DNA from: Nisaea sp.
GTDB taxonomy: Bacteria > Pseudomonadota > Alphaproteobacteria > Thalassobaculales > Thalassobaculaceae
DNA length: 64,000 nt
NCBI RefSeq assembly: GCF_040217065.1
Contig: NZ_JAVJNX010000001.1
Span: forward strand, 52,926 to 116,925
Direction of reading: 5' to 3'
Shown here: positions 10,951-19,646 of the stretch, in pieces
Layout: the number at the start of each line of letters is the position of its first letter
Numbering within the stretch: position 1 is the stretch's first letter
Notes under the pieces: model-generated
Database searches by the model: none
Told to the model about the DNA's origin: nothing
What the model saw: only the letters and a program-made list of their open reading frames with translations
Translations under genes and position numbers: made by a program

Positions 10951-11378
10951 TGGAAGAACTCGGCGTCTATGGCGGGCTCTTCCTCCTGTCTTTCCTGGCT
11001 GCGACATTCCTTCCCGCCCAGTCCGAATTCGGCCTCGTCGGGCTGATTCTGGCGCAGGATTATTCACTTCTTCTGCTCGTCACAGTCGCGTCGGTCGGGA
11101 ACACGCTCGGATCGGTTGTGAACTGGCTGCTCGGCCGGTCTGTCGACCGGTTCAGCGACCGAAAGTGGTTTCCCGTATCGCCGGCGCAGATGAACAGGGC
11201 CTGCGGCTGGTACCGGAAATACGGGCAATGGAGCCTGCTGCTGAGCTGGGCGCCTTTCATCGGCGATCCGCTGACACTCGCCGCCGGCGTCCTGCGCGAG
11301 CCGTTCGGTCGGTTCCTGCTGCTCGTCGCCATCGCCAAGACCGGCCGTTACATCGTCGTCGCAGCCCTCACTGTCTGA
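10950..11378 (+). CDS. YqaA/DedA-family (VTT domain) membrane protein
   Basis: FLAATFLPAQSE, GNTLGSVVNW, LLSWAPFIGDPLT; 1-nt overlap with upstream stop. Confidence 0.88.
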   Translation: MEELGVYGGLFLLSFLAATFLPAQSEFGLVGLILAQDYSLLLLVTVASVGNTLGSVVNWLLGRSVDRFSDRKWFPVSPAQMNRACGWYRKYGQWSLLLSWAPFIGDPLTLAAGVLREPFGRFLLLVAIAKTGRYIVVAALTV

Positions 11379-11518
11379 TTCCCGGGGCATCACCGACCGG
11401 TTTTCGAAAACCGGAAAGCGTGCGCATTGATTTATAAATAATTTTAAGTAAATTTTGTGTTAATTGCCACAAAGGCATGTCTCCCGGTTCACGCTTTCAG
11501 AAAGGAACGTTCCGGATC

Positions 11519-12067
11519 ATGACCCAAATCCGCCTGACGCCGCGCCCGGTTACGACCGCGAAACACCCATTGAAGACACTTTTCTTTGTCGACCACGCCG
11601 TCGAAGATTCGGGAATGGTGCTGGCCGACCTCACCCCGGGAACAATCGTCAAGCGCCTTCCCAGGGCCGGCGACGCGCTGGACGCGATAGCGTCATTGGC
11701 AGAGATACAGACCGTCCAGATCGACCGCATTGTCATCCTGTCCCGCGGCGCTCCCGGCACCCTCAGATTATCCGGCCGGGATATTGACAGCGCCGCACTC
11801 AGAAATGCGGACGGGTCTCTCGGCCGGATCAGGGCCACACTCACGCCGAAAGCCGAAATTGTTCTGATGGCCTGCGCCACAGGCGCAGGAGCGGCCGGTC
11901 ATGCCTTCCTGAGAACACTGGGCATCGCGACCGGCGCAACGGTCAAGGCGGCGGAGACGAACATCGGCGGATCAGCAGACCGCGACCCACCGGCGACAAC
12001 GGCCGTGCCGGTCGACGAATCCGTCCTGGGCGCCACCAGATCGCCTGCGCCGATGCGGCTGGAGTAA
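11519..12067 (+). CDS. Stand-alone DUF4347-domain protein (alternative start 11477)
   Basis: LFFVD...IDRIVILSRGAPGTLRL...EIVLMACATGAG..G..F...L...TGA.V.A pattern matches DUF4347 as recalled; the usual HG motif reads RG. Confidence 0.7.
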   Translation: MTQIRLTPRPVTTAKHPLKTLFFVDHAVEDSGMVLADLTPGTIVKRLPRAGDALDAIASLAEIQTVQIDRIVILSRGAPGTLRLSGRDIDSAALRNADGSLGRIRATLTPKAEIVLMACATGAGAAGHAFLRTLGIATGATVKAAETNIGGSADRDPPATTAVPVDESVLGATRSPAPMRLE

Positions 12068-12141
12068 AGGCCGCACGGCAGCCCCCGCGCCAGGGAAACG
12101 CCCCCGCACACATCAGCAGAATTTTTCTCGGAAGCTTTCAC

Positions 12142-14001
12142 ATGTCTTTTCGATACAAGCCGAATAACGGCACCACGACCGACCTGTATGCAGGCGGCAA
12201 CCGCATCGACGACAACGACCTGAGCATCACCAGCATTACCATCGACGTCAGCGGCACATCCTGGCGCTACAACGGAACAACCGCCGAGGGCGCACCCGGC
12301 GGCGGCTCAGTCGCAACCAACATCAATACCGACGCGCTTGTCGTCAATCATGGCGGCGCGTTCAACGCGATAACCCTGACAGCCACCGGCGGCGCGCTCG
12401 GCGACAGTCTTCAGGGCGGCGCGGGGAACGACACGCTCAGCGGCGGAGGAGGAGCTGATACGCTGATTGGCGCCGGCAACCTCGACCGCCTTGACGGTGG
12501 CACCGGAGCCGACGTGCTGAGCGGCGGAGCCGGTGCCGACACGCTGATCGGCGGCGCGGGAAACGATACCTATACCGGCAGCGCCAGCGAGATGAATGGC
12601 GACACGATTTCCGGGCTCGAGGCCGGCGACAAGATCGTCATCACCGGCACCGACCTTTCCAGCCTGAATGGCAGCACCGCCGGCAGCACCATTGATCTCG
12701 GCAGCGGCAATACGCTGAACCTCACCGGCACATCCGGCAGCGTGAAGTACGAGGCTGTCTTCTCCGGCGGCAACACCACTCTCACCGTGGCAACTGTCCC
12801 TGCGACAAGTTCATCCGAAGGCAATACCTCCAGCAGTGGCCTGACCGTGACCAACCAGACCGAGGCGGACACTGCAGGCACCGCCACCGGGCGCACCTTG
12901 GCGAACACCAGCGGCAGCACCGCGACCGGCGCACTCGTGCAGAATACCGGCAACGGCAACATAGTAACGGCGACGCTGCCAACCGGCATATCGCTGACAA
13001 CTTCCGGCACCTCCACCGCACAGCCGACCAGTACGGCCAGCACCACCCTGACCGGCGAGATCCAGTCGACAGCGCCCACCGCAAGCACGCAAAGCTTCCT
13101 CGACGGGCACGGACAGACCTTCATCACAAATTCCAGCGGTGTGACTCTCGATATCCGCTCGATCACTTTCTCCGGCGGAGACGCGACGGCACAGACAGTC
13201 CAGATCACCGGTGGCTCGAGCACCGGCTCTGGCTCGGAAGCCTTCGTCATCGACACGTCCGGCCTGCCGGCAGGCTCCACTGTGCAACTCGACAACATCG
13301 AGTTCGCCGCCATCGTCGGCAGTGCGACGGTGAATGGCGGCGGCGGCCAGAATTACGTGGTCGGCGACGACGCGGTGCAGTTCATCTCCCTCGGCGCCGA
13401 GGACGACACCCTGGCCGGCGGCGGCGGCAACGACACGGTCGGCTCAGCCTGGGGCGAGGATATCGTCTATGGTAACCAGGGAAATGACTATGTGTTCGGC
13501 GGCGGCGGCATGGACACGCTCTATGGCGGTCAGGGTGATGACACGGCCTTCGGCGGCAACGACAATGACGTCGTCTATGGCAACAAGGGCAACGACACCC
13601 TCTCCGGCGGCGAGAATGACGACGTGTTGTTCGGTGGTCAGGATGACGATGTCGTCTACGGCAATTCCGGCAATGACAGCCTCGACGGCAACCTCGGTGA
13701 CGACAGTCTCCTGGGCGGGGACGGCAACGACCTGATCGCGGGTGGAAGCGGCAACGACACGCTGGTCGGCGGCGACGGGGCGGACAGTTTCGTCTTCGCA
13801 TTCGGTGGCGGTAGCGACCGGGTCGAGGACTACCAGTCCGGCTCCGACAGCCTGCTGTTCGAGGACGGACTGACCTACACGGCGACGGAGACCGGCGGCA
13901 ACACGGTGCTCGCGCTTTCGGACGGCGGCACCGTCACGCTGATCGGCATCTCGAAGGCCCAGCTTGGCAGCGCCGCGACGGCCGGGTGGGATCTGGCATA
14001 G
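12142..14001 (+). CDS. Ser/Thr-rich RTX/Ca-binding secreted surface protein (putative T1SS substrate)
   Basis: Two blocks of GGxGxD repeats, Thr/Ser-rich centre, no Sec signal, C-terminal LSDGGTVTLIG tail. Confidence 0.85.
   Translation: MSFRYKPNNGTTTDLYAGGNRIDDNDLSITSITIDVSGTSWRYNGTTAEGAPGGGSVATNINTDALVVNHGGAFNAITLTATGGALGDSLQGGAGNDTLSGGGGADTLIGAGNLDRLDGGTGADVLSGGAGADTLIGGAGNDTYTGSASEMNGDTISGLEAGDKIVITGTDLSSLNGSTAGSTIDLGSGNTLNLTGTSGSVKYEAVFSGGNTTLTVATVPATSSSEGNTSSSGLTVTNQTEADTAGTATGRTLANTSGSTATGALVQNTGNGNIVTATLPTGISLTTSGTSTAQPTSTASTTLTGEIQSTAPTASTQSFLDGHGQTFITNSSGVTLDIRSITFSGGDATAQTVQITGGSSTGSGSEAFVIDTSGLPAGSTVQLDNIEFAAIVGSATVNGGGGQNYVVGDDAVQFISLGAEDDTLAGGGGNDTVGSAWGEDIVYGNQGNDYVFGGGGMDTLYGGQGDDTAFGGNDNDVVYGNKGNDTLSGGENDDVLFGGQDDDVVYGNSGNDSLDGNLGDDSLLGGDGNDLIAGGSGNDTLVGGDGADSFVFAFGGGSDRVEDYQSGSDSLLFEDGLTYTATETGGNTVLALSDGGTVTLIGISKAQLGSAATAGWDLA
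13414..13800 (+). repeat. RTX nonapeptide repeat block (GGxGxDxxx / YGNxGND)
   Basis: Degenerate ~27-nt coding repeats such as ggcaacgacac and ctatggcaac. Confidence 0.8.
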
Positions 14002-14016
14002 ACCGGATCCTGCCTG

Positions 14017-14940
14017 TTACGCGGCCGGTTTCGTGTCTCTGCCGAGGACCGCATGCACCACGCCGCGGCCGATGGCGCCGAGCTTCTCCAGCTTGCTGTC
14101 CTCCAGCAGGATGAGCTTGGCGAGGTCGATGGCGATGGAAGCGGCCTCAAAAGCGAAGAAGGCAGGCATGCGCAGGCCATGCGCCCGCCAGACCCGCATG
14201 CGGTTGCGGTAGATGTGATACCGGCGGAACCCGGAATGGCTGTTGAAACGGAAGTCCCGTCCAAGCAGCCGTTTGTGCTCGAACTCGCCGAGCCGGTGTT
14301 CCAGCCCGGCATTCCCGACGGCGACCAGGCCCCAGCCGAACCGCCGCATCCGGAAGGCGAATTCGAAATCGATATAGTCGACGAAGAAATCCTCCCGCAT
14401 CAGGCCGACCGCACGGAACACCTCCGCCTTGATCAGGCTGCCTGACGCCATGACAAAGGCGACATCATCCACCACATCGCCCGGCCCGAACCGGACCCGG
14501 CGGAAATCAAAGGCATGTTTCGAGACATAGGCCCGGGATTTAAGCGTGCATTCCGCATCATGCAGACGCGGCGCGACAAGGCCGATCCGTTCCGGCATCG
14601 GATGATCTGCATAGGCAGCCAGCAAGGCGTCGACCATGCCCGCATCCGGAACGCTGTCATCGTCGAGCAACAGAACCCAGTCCGCACCCTCTTCCAGTGC
14701 CAGCCGGATGCCCTGATTCTGGGCGGCGGCGAGACCGGCATTGCCCTCGTTCAGAAGCAGGCGGATCTTGCTCCCGTCCGCCGTAGCCGCATCCTTCAGC
14801 TTGCCAGTCACCACCGCGCCGGAATCATTATCGACGACGATAATACGCCCGACCTGTGGCGCCAGGGCGTCCAGTCCAAGGAACAGCCGGTCGTCGGACC
14901 GGTAGGAGACAATGACCGCCGCAACGCTAGTCTGTTGCAT
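14017..14940 (-). CDS. GT2 rhamnosyltransferase (RfbF/RhlC-like)
   Basis: VVDNDS, NAGLAAAQNQG, LLLDDDS, MASGSLI, FFVDYIDFEFAFR, HRLG, YHIYRN. Confidence 0.88.
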   Translation of the reverse strand: MQQTSVAAVIVSYRSDDRLFLGLDALAPQVGRIIVVDNDSGAVVTGKLKDAATADGSKIRLLLNEGNAGLAAAQNQGIRLALEEGADWVLLLDDDSVPDAGMVDALLAAYADHPMPERIGLVAPRLHDAECTLKSRAYVSKHAFDFRRVRFGPGDVVDDVAFVMASGSLIKAEVFRAVGLMREDFFVDYIDFEFAFRMRRFGWGLVAVGNAGLEHRLGEFEHKRLLGRDFRFNSHSGFRRYHIYRNRMRVWRAHGLRMPAFFAFEAASIAIDLAKLILLEDSKLEKLGAIGRGVVHAVLGRDTKPAA

Positions 14941-15976
14941 GTTCCACCCCGGTTGGCGGGATCGGTCCCGCTCTGTTCTCGCGCCGGATCGGACGCCTGT
15001 CGCCCCTGCTTCCGAACAGCTTCAGCGGATTCCAACTCAACGCGGCGAGAAACGCAACAACTCCCGTCCGCCGGCCGGTCTGGATCACCCGTCGCTGCCG
15101 CATCACCGCGGGAAAAGCCGCGAAGGCGTCCCGGATCGCCCGCACCCGAACCGCCCCGTCTCCCCGTATCGGGCCAAGCAGGACAATCAAACCGAGTTGC
15201 GCGAGCAGCACAGGCAGGAACAGATGAAAGGCCGGCCCGGGCATGGTGCGCAGGAAGGTCCAGATCCGGTTCCGCGTGATGTGATAGCGGGAGAAATCCG
15301 AGTTCTGTCCGGAAATCGCGGAGGCGACATGCCGGACCCGGGCACCGGAAAGCTGGATGCAGCGCTCACCGGCCAAGCGCAGGCGCAGCCCGAGATCGAC
15401 ATCCTCGTAATAACAGAAGAACGGCTCGGAAAAACCGCCGACACGCTGAAACACATCCCGGCGATAGAATGCGGCAGCCGCGCAGGGACCCATGACTTCG
15501 GCATCCTCGGTCATGCCCGCGGCAGGGTGCAGCCGATCTCCCCGCCAGGCAAGGCCGAGCGGACTGTAATGGTCTCCGGCACCGTCGAGCAGCGCGGGAT
15601 CGCTCTCGAGCAGCTGGGTCGAGCCGAACACGGAGATCCCGTTATACCGGGCGACCGCATCGGCAAAGGCCTGCAGCCAGTCAGGCTCGGCGAAGGCATC
15701 CGGGTTCAGCAGGGCAAGCCACGTCCCGCGCGCCTGCCGGGCCAGCAGGTTGTTGCCGGCGGCGAAGCCTATATTTTCCGGGCTGCGGACCAGCTCCGCG
15801 GCAATGCCGAGATCGTCCAGGCCGGTCTCGGCTCCATCCGGGGACGCGTTGTCGAGCACGAGGACCTCGAAGTCGCGGAATGTCTGCGCCGCCAGCGCCG
15901 CCAGGCAACGGGGCAGGTACGCGCCCGATTTATAGGCGACGACAAGGACGGAGATCAGAGGCGCTCTGGCTACCAT
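14927..15976 (-). CDS. GT2 glycosyltransferase (WbbL-like)
   Basis: ISVLVVAY, LDNAS, NIGFAAGNN, LLNPD, FFCYYEDVDLG; overlaps downstream GT by 14 nt. Confidence 0.9.
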   Translation of the reverse strand: MVARAPLISVLVVAYKSGAYLPRCLAALAAQTFRDFEVLVLDNASPDGAETGLDDLGIAAELVRSPENIGFAAGNNLLARQARGTWLALLNPDAFAEPDWLQAFADAVARYNGISVFGSTQLLESDPALLDGAGDHYSPLGLAWRGDRLHPAAGMTEDAEVMGPCAAAAFYRRDVFQRVGGFSEPFFCYYEDVDLGLRLRLAGERCIQLSGARVRHVASAISGQNSDFSRYHITRNRIWTFLRTMPGPAFHLFLPVLLAQLGLIVLLGPIRGDGAVRVRAIRDAFAAFPAVMRQRRVIQTGRRTGVVAFLAALSWNPLKLFGSRGDRRPIRRENRAGPIPPTGVEHATD

Positions 15977-16059
15977 GCGGGTCTGCAAGTGGCTGATTTT
16001 TCACGACCATAGCATGGCCCTGTCGTCGCTTTCGAGGACGGAGACAGTTTTCGTGAAAA

Positions 16060-16088
16060 CAAAAGGGGCCCGTCTCGGACGAGCCCCT
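16060..16088 (-). terminator. Rho-independent terminator
   Basis: Minus strand AGGGGCUCGUC-CGA-GACGGGCCCCU (11 bp with one G-U) followed by UUUGUUUU. Confidence 0.8.
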
Positions 16089-16228
16089 GAGGGAGTATCA
16101 AGGAAGGGTCATTTGGCCAGGTTAGGGGGACGCGACTTATCGCTCCTGACCGTGACTTCTGCCGCTGGGGGAAAACGGCGCTTCCGTAAAACCCAACGTG
16201 GCGGCCAGCAGTAAAGAAAGCCTTAAGC
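16060..16228 (-). ncRNA. Candidate structured ncRNA / leader RNA of unknown family
   Basis: Non-coding gap with two multi-helix hairpins, a C/U-rich linker and a terminator; family not recognised. Confidence 0.45.
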
Positions 16229-16247
16229 GGCACCCAAGAAAACAGAT

Positions 16248-17102
16248 TCAGGCCGAAACCAGCAGCTTTCGAATGAATTGAGGCAGGCCGAACGCACCGG
16301 CATGGGCTTCCGGCGTGTAATAGCGGCAGGCAATTTCCGTCGCCTCAAACCGTTCGGCAATTACCGGAACCGGAAGCTGACGCAGGGAGGCGTCGTCACT
16401 GGCCCAGCCGAACGCCATCAGTCCGCCCTGATAGGTCGGCACTGCCGCCGTATAGAACCAGACATCGGCAAAATGCGGACTCAACCGGTGGAAGCTGTTC
16501 GTCACCTCGCCACCCTGCACGAACGGCACGCCGTTCTGGGTGACGAGAATGCCACCGTCGGTCAGGCACCGCTTGCAGGCCTTGTAGAAGCTTTCCCGGA
16601 ACAGCACCTCGCCCGGCCCGATAGGATCGGTCGAATCAACGATGATCACATCCCAGCGGCCATCGGTCTCCTCGACGAACTTCGCCCCGTCCGCGAATTG
16701 CAGGTCCAGTCTGGGATCGTCGAATGCGCCATTGCTGAGGGACGGCAAATGCTCGATGCACATGTCGACCACACTGCGGTCAAGCTCGACCATGGTCACC
16801 TGCTCGACCGATTTGTGGCGCAGTGCTTCCCGCGCCATGCCGCCATCGCCGCCACCGATGATGAGCACGCGCCTCGCCCGGCCATGGGCCAGGATCGGCA
16901 CGTGCGTCAGCATCTCGTGATAGACGAACTCATCGCCCTCGGTGGTCTGGACGATGCCGTCGAGCGCCATCACCCGGCCAAAGGCCCGGTTTTCGAAGAT
17001 GATCAGGTCCTGGTGCTCCGTACGTTCCCGGAAGAGCACCTTGTCGATCACCAAACGTTGTCCGTAGCCGCTGTGGAGGGTTTCGCAAAACCACTCGCTC
17101 AT
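16248..17102 (-). CDS. speE: Spermidine synthase (polyamine aminopropyltransferase)
   Basis: LDGIVQTTEGDEFVYHEM, LIIGGGDGG, DVIIVDSTDPIGP. Confidence 0.97.
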   Translation of the reverse strand: MSEWFCETLHSGYGQRLVIDKVLFRERTEHQDLIIFENRAFGRVMALDGIVQTTEGDEFVYHEMLTHVPILAHGRARRVLIIGGGDGGMAREALRHKSVEQVTMVELDRSVVDMCIEHLPSLSNGAFDDPRLDLQFADGAKFVEETDGRWDVIIVDSTDPIGPGEVLFRESFYKACKRCLTDGGILVTQNGVPFVQGGEVTNSFHRLSPHFADVWFYTAAVPTYQGGLMAFGWASDDASLRQLPVPVIAERFEATEIACRYYTPEAHAGAFGLPQFIRKLLVSA

Positions 17103-17608
17103 ACGGTCAGGCCCCGTTTCAGGTCATTGAGCTGAATTGAGTCAGGGCGAAAAGCCCGGCGCAGCACCGCGATCGCCTTGTGCGGTTCGGCATCCCCGCA
17201 CATGAACACATCGAGCGCGGCATAGCCCCGCTCCGGCCAAGTGTGGATGCTGATATGTGACTCTGCAAGCACCGCAACACCGGACACGCCACCGTTCGGC
17301 GTGAAGTGATGCAGATGGATATGCAGCAGGGTTGCCCCGGAAACCTCGACAGCTTCGCGCAGGGTTTCCTCGACATGTGCGAGTTCATCCAGCCGCGAGG
17401 CGCCAACCAGATCGATGATCAGGTGCGTGCCGGCAAAGACCAGTCCGTCCTTTTTCACGAAATGGTCGAGAGAGGCATCCGAATGCGTCGGTGCCCATTG
17501 AACGACCGTACCATCGTTATTGGCCGTGCCGGTGGTGTCGGAATTGGTTCTGCTCGGTTGAGTATCCGAGTCCATCCCCAAATCAGCGAAGGCGACGTTT
17601 CTATCCAT
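17099..17608 (-). CDS. speD: S-adenosylmethionine decarboxylase proenzyme
   Basis: GTHLIID, LAESHISIHTWPE autocleavage motif, DVFMCG; GGAGGGG RBS; ATGA overlap with speE. Confidence 0.96.
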   Translation of the reverse strand: MDRNVAFADLGMDSDTQPSRTNSDTTGTANNDGTVVQWAPTHSDASLDHFVKKDGLVFAGTHLIIDLVGASRLDELAHVEETLREAVEVSGATLLHIHLHHFTPNGGVSGVAVLAESHISIHTWPERGYAALDVFMCGDAEPHKAIAVLRRAFRPDSIQLNDLKRGLTV

Positions 17609-17843
17609 CAACCCCTCCTATCCAGTAGATGTCCCAGTTACCCCGTCGCATCCCGCTTGCCGCAACACCGTTGGGCGGAATGGTCTGGCGTTCCTTTCGC
17701 TCCGCACAATGCGGATGTAAGCGCGGGGTTCTGAGGCTTTTCGGCCCCGGTAGCAAGTTATTTCTTAACCGCCGCGCGAAAAAGTTCGACCGGCAGGGTT
17801 CCACATCATCGCAGCGCCCAACCGGTCGTGTCTTTCTCAACTC

Positions 17844-17872
17844 AAAATGCGCAATATGTGCGCCTTTGTCAA
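17844..17872 (-). promoter_or_regulatory. Sigma70-type promoter for speDE (TTGACA-N17-CATTTT)
   Basis: Perfect -35 at 17872-17867, 17-nt spacer, -10-like hexamer; implies a ~230-nt leader. Confidence 0.55.
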
Positions 17873-17892
17873 GTAAAATATCAGACGTTTCC

Positions 17893-18291
17893 TCAGCGCG
17901 GCCGCAGGGCGATGCAATCGATTTCGACGAGTGCCTTCCGGGCCAGACCGGTGACCCCGATGCAGGTCCGCGCCGGCCGCGTCTCAGCCCCGAAATAGCC
18001 GGCATAAACCGCGTTCATCACGTCGTAATCGCGCTCGAACTCCGTCAGGAACACCCGGGCCGAAACCACATGGCTGAAATCGAGCCCGAGCCCCTGCAGG
18101 ACCAGGCGCAAATTCTCCATGGTCCGGCGGGTCTGCGCCTCCACGCCATCCGGCAAAGGCCGGGCGTCATCTTCTGGATCGGTCGCCAGCTGGCCCGTGA
18201 TCAGGCACCAGCCGTCGATTTCAACGGCATGACTGTACGGCGCCACCGGCGCCGGCGCCTGATTGAACAAATGAAATACTGGTCCTGCCAT
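17893..18291 (-). CDS. RidA family protein (catalytic Arg retained)
   Basis: PVAPYSHAV, ITGQLA, MNAVYAGYF, RPARTCIGV, LVEIDC. Confidence 0.9.
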   Translation of the reverse strand: MAGPVFHLFNQAPAPVAPYSHAVEIDGWCLITGQLATDPEDDARPLPDGVEAQTRRTMENLRLVLQGLGLDFSHVVSARVFLTEFERDYDVMNAVYAGYFGAETRPARTCIGVTGLARKALVEIDCIALRPR

Positions 18292-18303
18292 AGCTGCCCC
18301 CAA

Positions 18304-18531
18304 TCACGCGGTACCGGTTTCCGCACCCCTGCGTCGCCTGTTTCTGCGCCGCGGTCTGGGAGCAGCGGTCCCCCGGCGGTCGTGCAGTTCGGAAACGATC
18401 TGAAGCCTGCGCTCCCGATCATACCGGGACCAGCCGGAAATCTCCTCGATGGTGCGCCAGCAGCCGAGACAATAACCGCTTGTGCGGTCGATCTGGCAGA
18501 CGGCGACACAGGGAGAGGGAATTTCAGACAT
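18304..18531 (-). CDS. DUF1289 domain protein
   Basis: IPSPCVAVCQID...CLGCWRTIEEISGW. Confidence 0.88.
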   Translation of the reverse strand: MSEIPSPCVAVCQIDRTSGYCLGCWRTIEEISGWSRYDRERRLQIVSELHDRRGTAAPRPRRRNRRRRGAETGTA

Positions 18532-18580
18532 GACGAACCTCAGCCGGACGCAATTTCAGAGCAGAACAATCATTGCAGAT

Positions 18581-18613
18581 AAGAAAACGGCGTGGACAAG
18601 AAATCCACGCCGT
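18581..18613 (-). terminator. Rho-independent terminator of the DJ-1/PfpI gene
   Basis: Perfect 10-bp stem ACGGCGTGGA/TCCACGCCGT followed by TTTCTT on the minus strand. Confidence 0.8.
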
Positions 18614-18642
18614 CTGCGTCAGTTTTTGCTTCGGAAGCGGCG

Positions 18643-19212
18643 TTATGCGGCTTCGGTCGCGGCGCTTTCGAAAGCGGTGATCAGTGCGGAAAGGCTCTGC
18701 ACCATTTCAGCAATGCCTCCGACACCGTTGGCGGTAACCAGATTGCCTTCGGTCACGGATGCGACGTCTTCCCAGCTCGCGCCGGCGGCTTCGAGAGCCT
18801 CACGGGCATCGGCAGAAGATGTAACAGTCCGGCCCTTGGCGTCCTCGATTGTGATCATCAGGGACGTGGCATCGCCGATCAGGGCGACCGGCATGCCGGC
18901 GCGCATGAATGCTTTCAGAACGCGCTGGGCATGGGGATCTTCAGCCAGCTTTTCGACGCCGCGGACACCGCCCGGGACAATCAGGGCGGCGTAATCGACA
19001 GCCAGCGTGTCGGCCAAGTCCGCGTCAACCGGGAAGAAATGGCCCCAGGAGCCGTCGTACCAGCCATTGACGAGGCCGGTGGCGCGGGAAACGGCCTTGA
19101 CCGTCGCGCCGGCGGCAAGCAGCTGCTTCTGCGGTTCGACGAACTCAATTTCGTCGAAACCGTTAGCGACCATAATTGCAATATTTTTTCCGATGAGCGG
19201 CTTGTCCTGCAT
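18643..19212 (-). CDS. DJ-1/PfpI family protein lacking the nucleophilic Cys
   Basis: KNIAIMVANGFDEIEF, YAALIVPGG; AAICHG position reads ALIGDA; AAGGAG RBS. Confidence 0.85.
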   Translation of the reverse strand: MQDKPLIGKNIAIMVANGFDEIEFVEPQKQLLAAGATVKAVSRATGLVNGWYDGSWGHFFPVDADLADTLAVDYAALIVPGGVRGVEKLAEDPHAQRVLKAFMRAGMPVALIGDATSLMITIEDAKGRTVTSSADAREALEAAGASWEDVASVTEGNLVTANGVGGIAEMVQSLSALITAFESAATEAA

Positions 19213-19255
19213 GTAGTTCTCCTTTTTTGCGTCTCGTCGGTGGTGCGGCGGGACC

Positions 19256-19280
19256 AAAACGATCCTGGAGAAGAGGTTCC
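19256..19280 (-). promoter_or_regulatory. Possible general-stress (EcfG/RpoE2-type) promoter GGAAC-N18-TT
   Basis: Minus strand GGAAC ctcttctccaggatcgtt TT upstream of a PfpI-family gene; the CGTT spacing is imperfect. Confidence 0.3.
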
Positions 19281-19572
19281 CGGGGAATGCCGAACAAATC
19301 GGATCCCAAAAGATCTAGGCCTCTTCAAAACGCCGAATGTGGGCTGGATCCCTCAACGCCCGGACGATGCCGGGAGCGGGATCAAAAAAAACTGGAACCG
19401 ACGAGCGTTAGCTCGCAGGGTGGGAGATAGCGAATGTCGAGAAGAAATTCAAGCCAAGAGATGCGCATGGCAGCGTTGCGCCAACAGTTCCGGCATCGGC
19501 CAGGCTCGGATCCGGCTCATTATGCCAATTCGAGGCTCGTCTGATTGAGCTCAAAATTTGCAGACATTCAGG

Positions 19573-19646
19573 TGGAGCGGGTGAAGGGAATCGAACCCTC
19601 GTATTCAGCTTGGGAAGCTGATGTTCTACCATTGAACTACACCCGC
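19573..19646 (-). tRNA. tRNA-Gly (anticodon CCC)
   Basis: Full cloverleaf GCGGGTG...TCAGC-TTCCCAA-GCTGA...TTCGATT...CACCCGC-T-CCA; 74 nt, U discriminator, encoded CCA. Confidence 0.98.

Noticed and set aside
11425-11465. CtrA box in the AT-rich promoter of the DUF4347 gene
   Set aside because: The two TTAA half-sites are separated by 12 nt, not 7.
16060-16240. Assignment of the structured RNA to 6S, tmRNA, SRP or a SAH riboswitch
   Set aside because: It lacks the single long rod of 6S, the tmRNA T-arm/CCA and tag frame, the SRP GGAAGGAAGCAG loop, and matches only AGGAGCG of the SAH motif; left as unknown.
19573-19646. tRNA-Gly as a prophage or genomic-island attachment site
   Set aside because: I saw no duplicated tRNA 3' end, integrase or transposase anywhere in the window.
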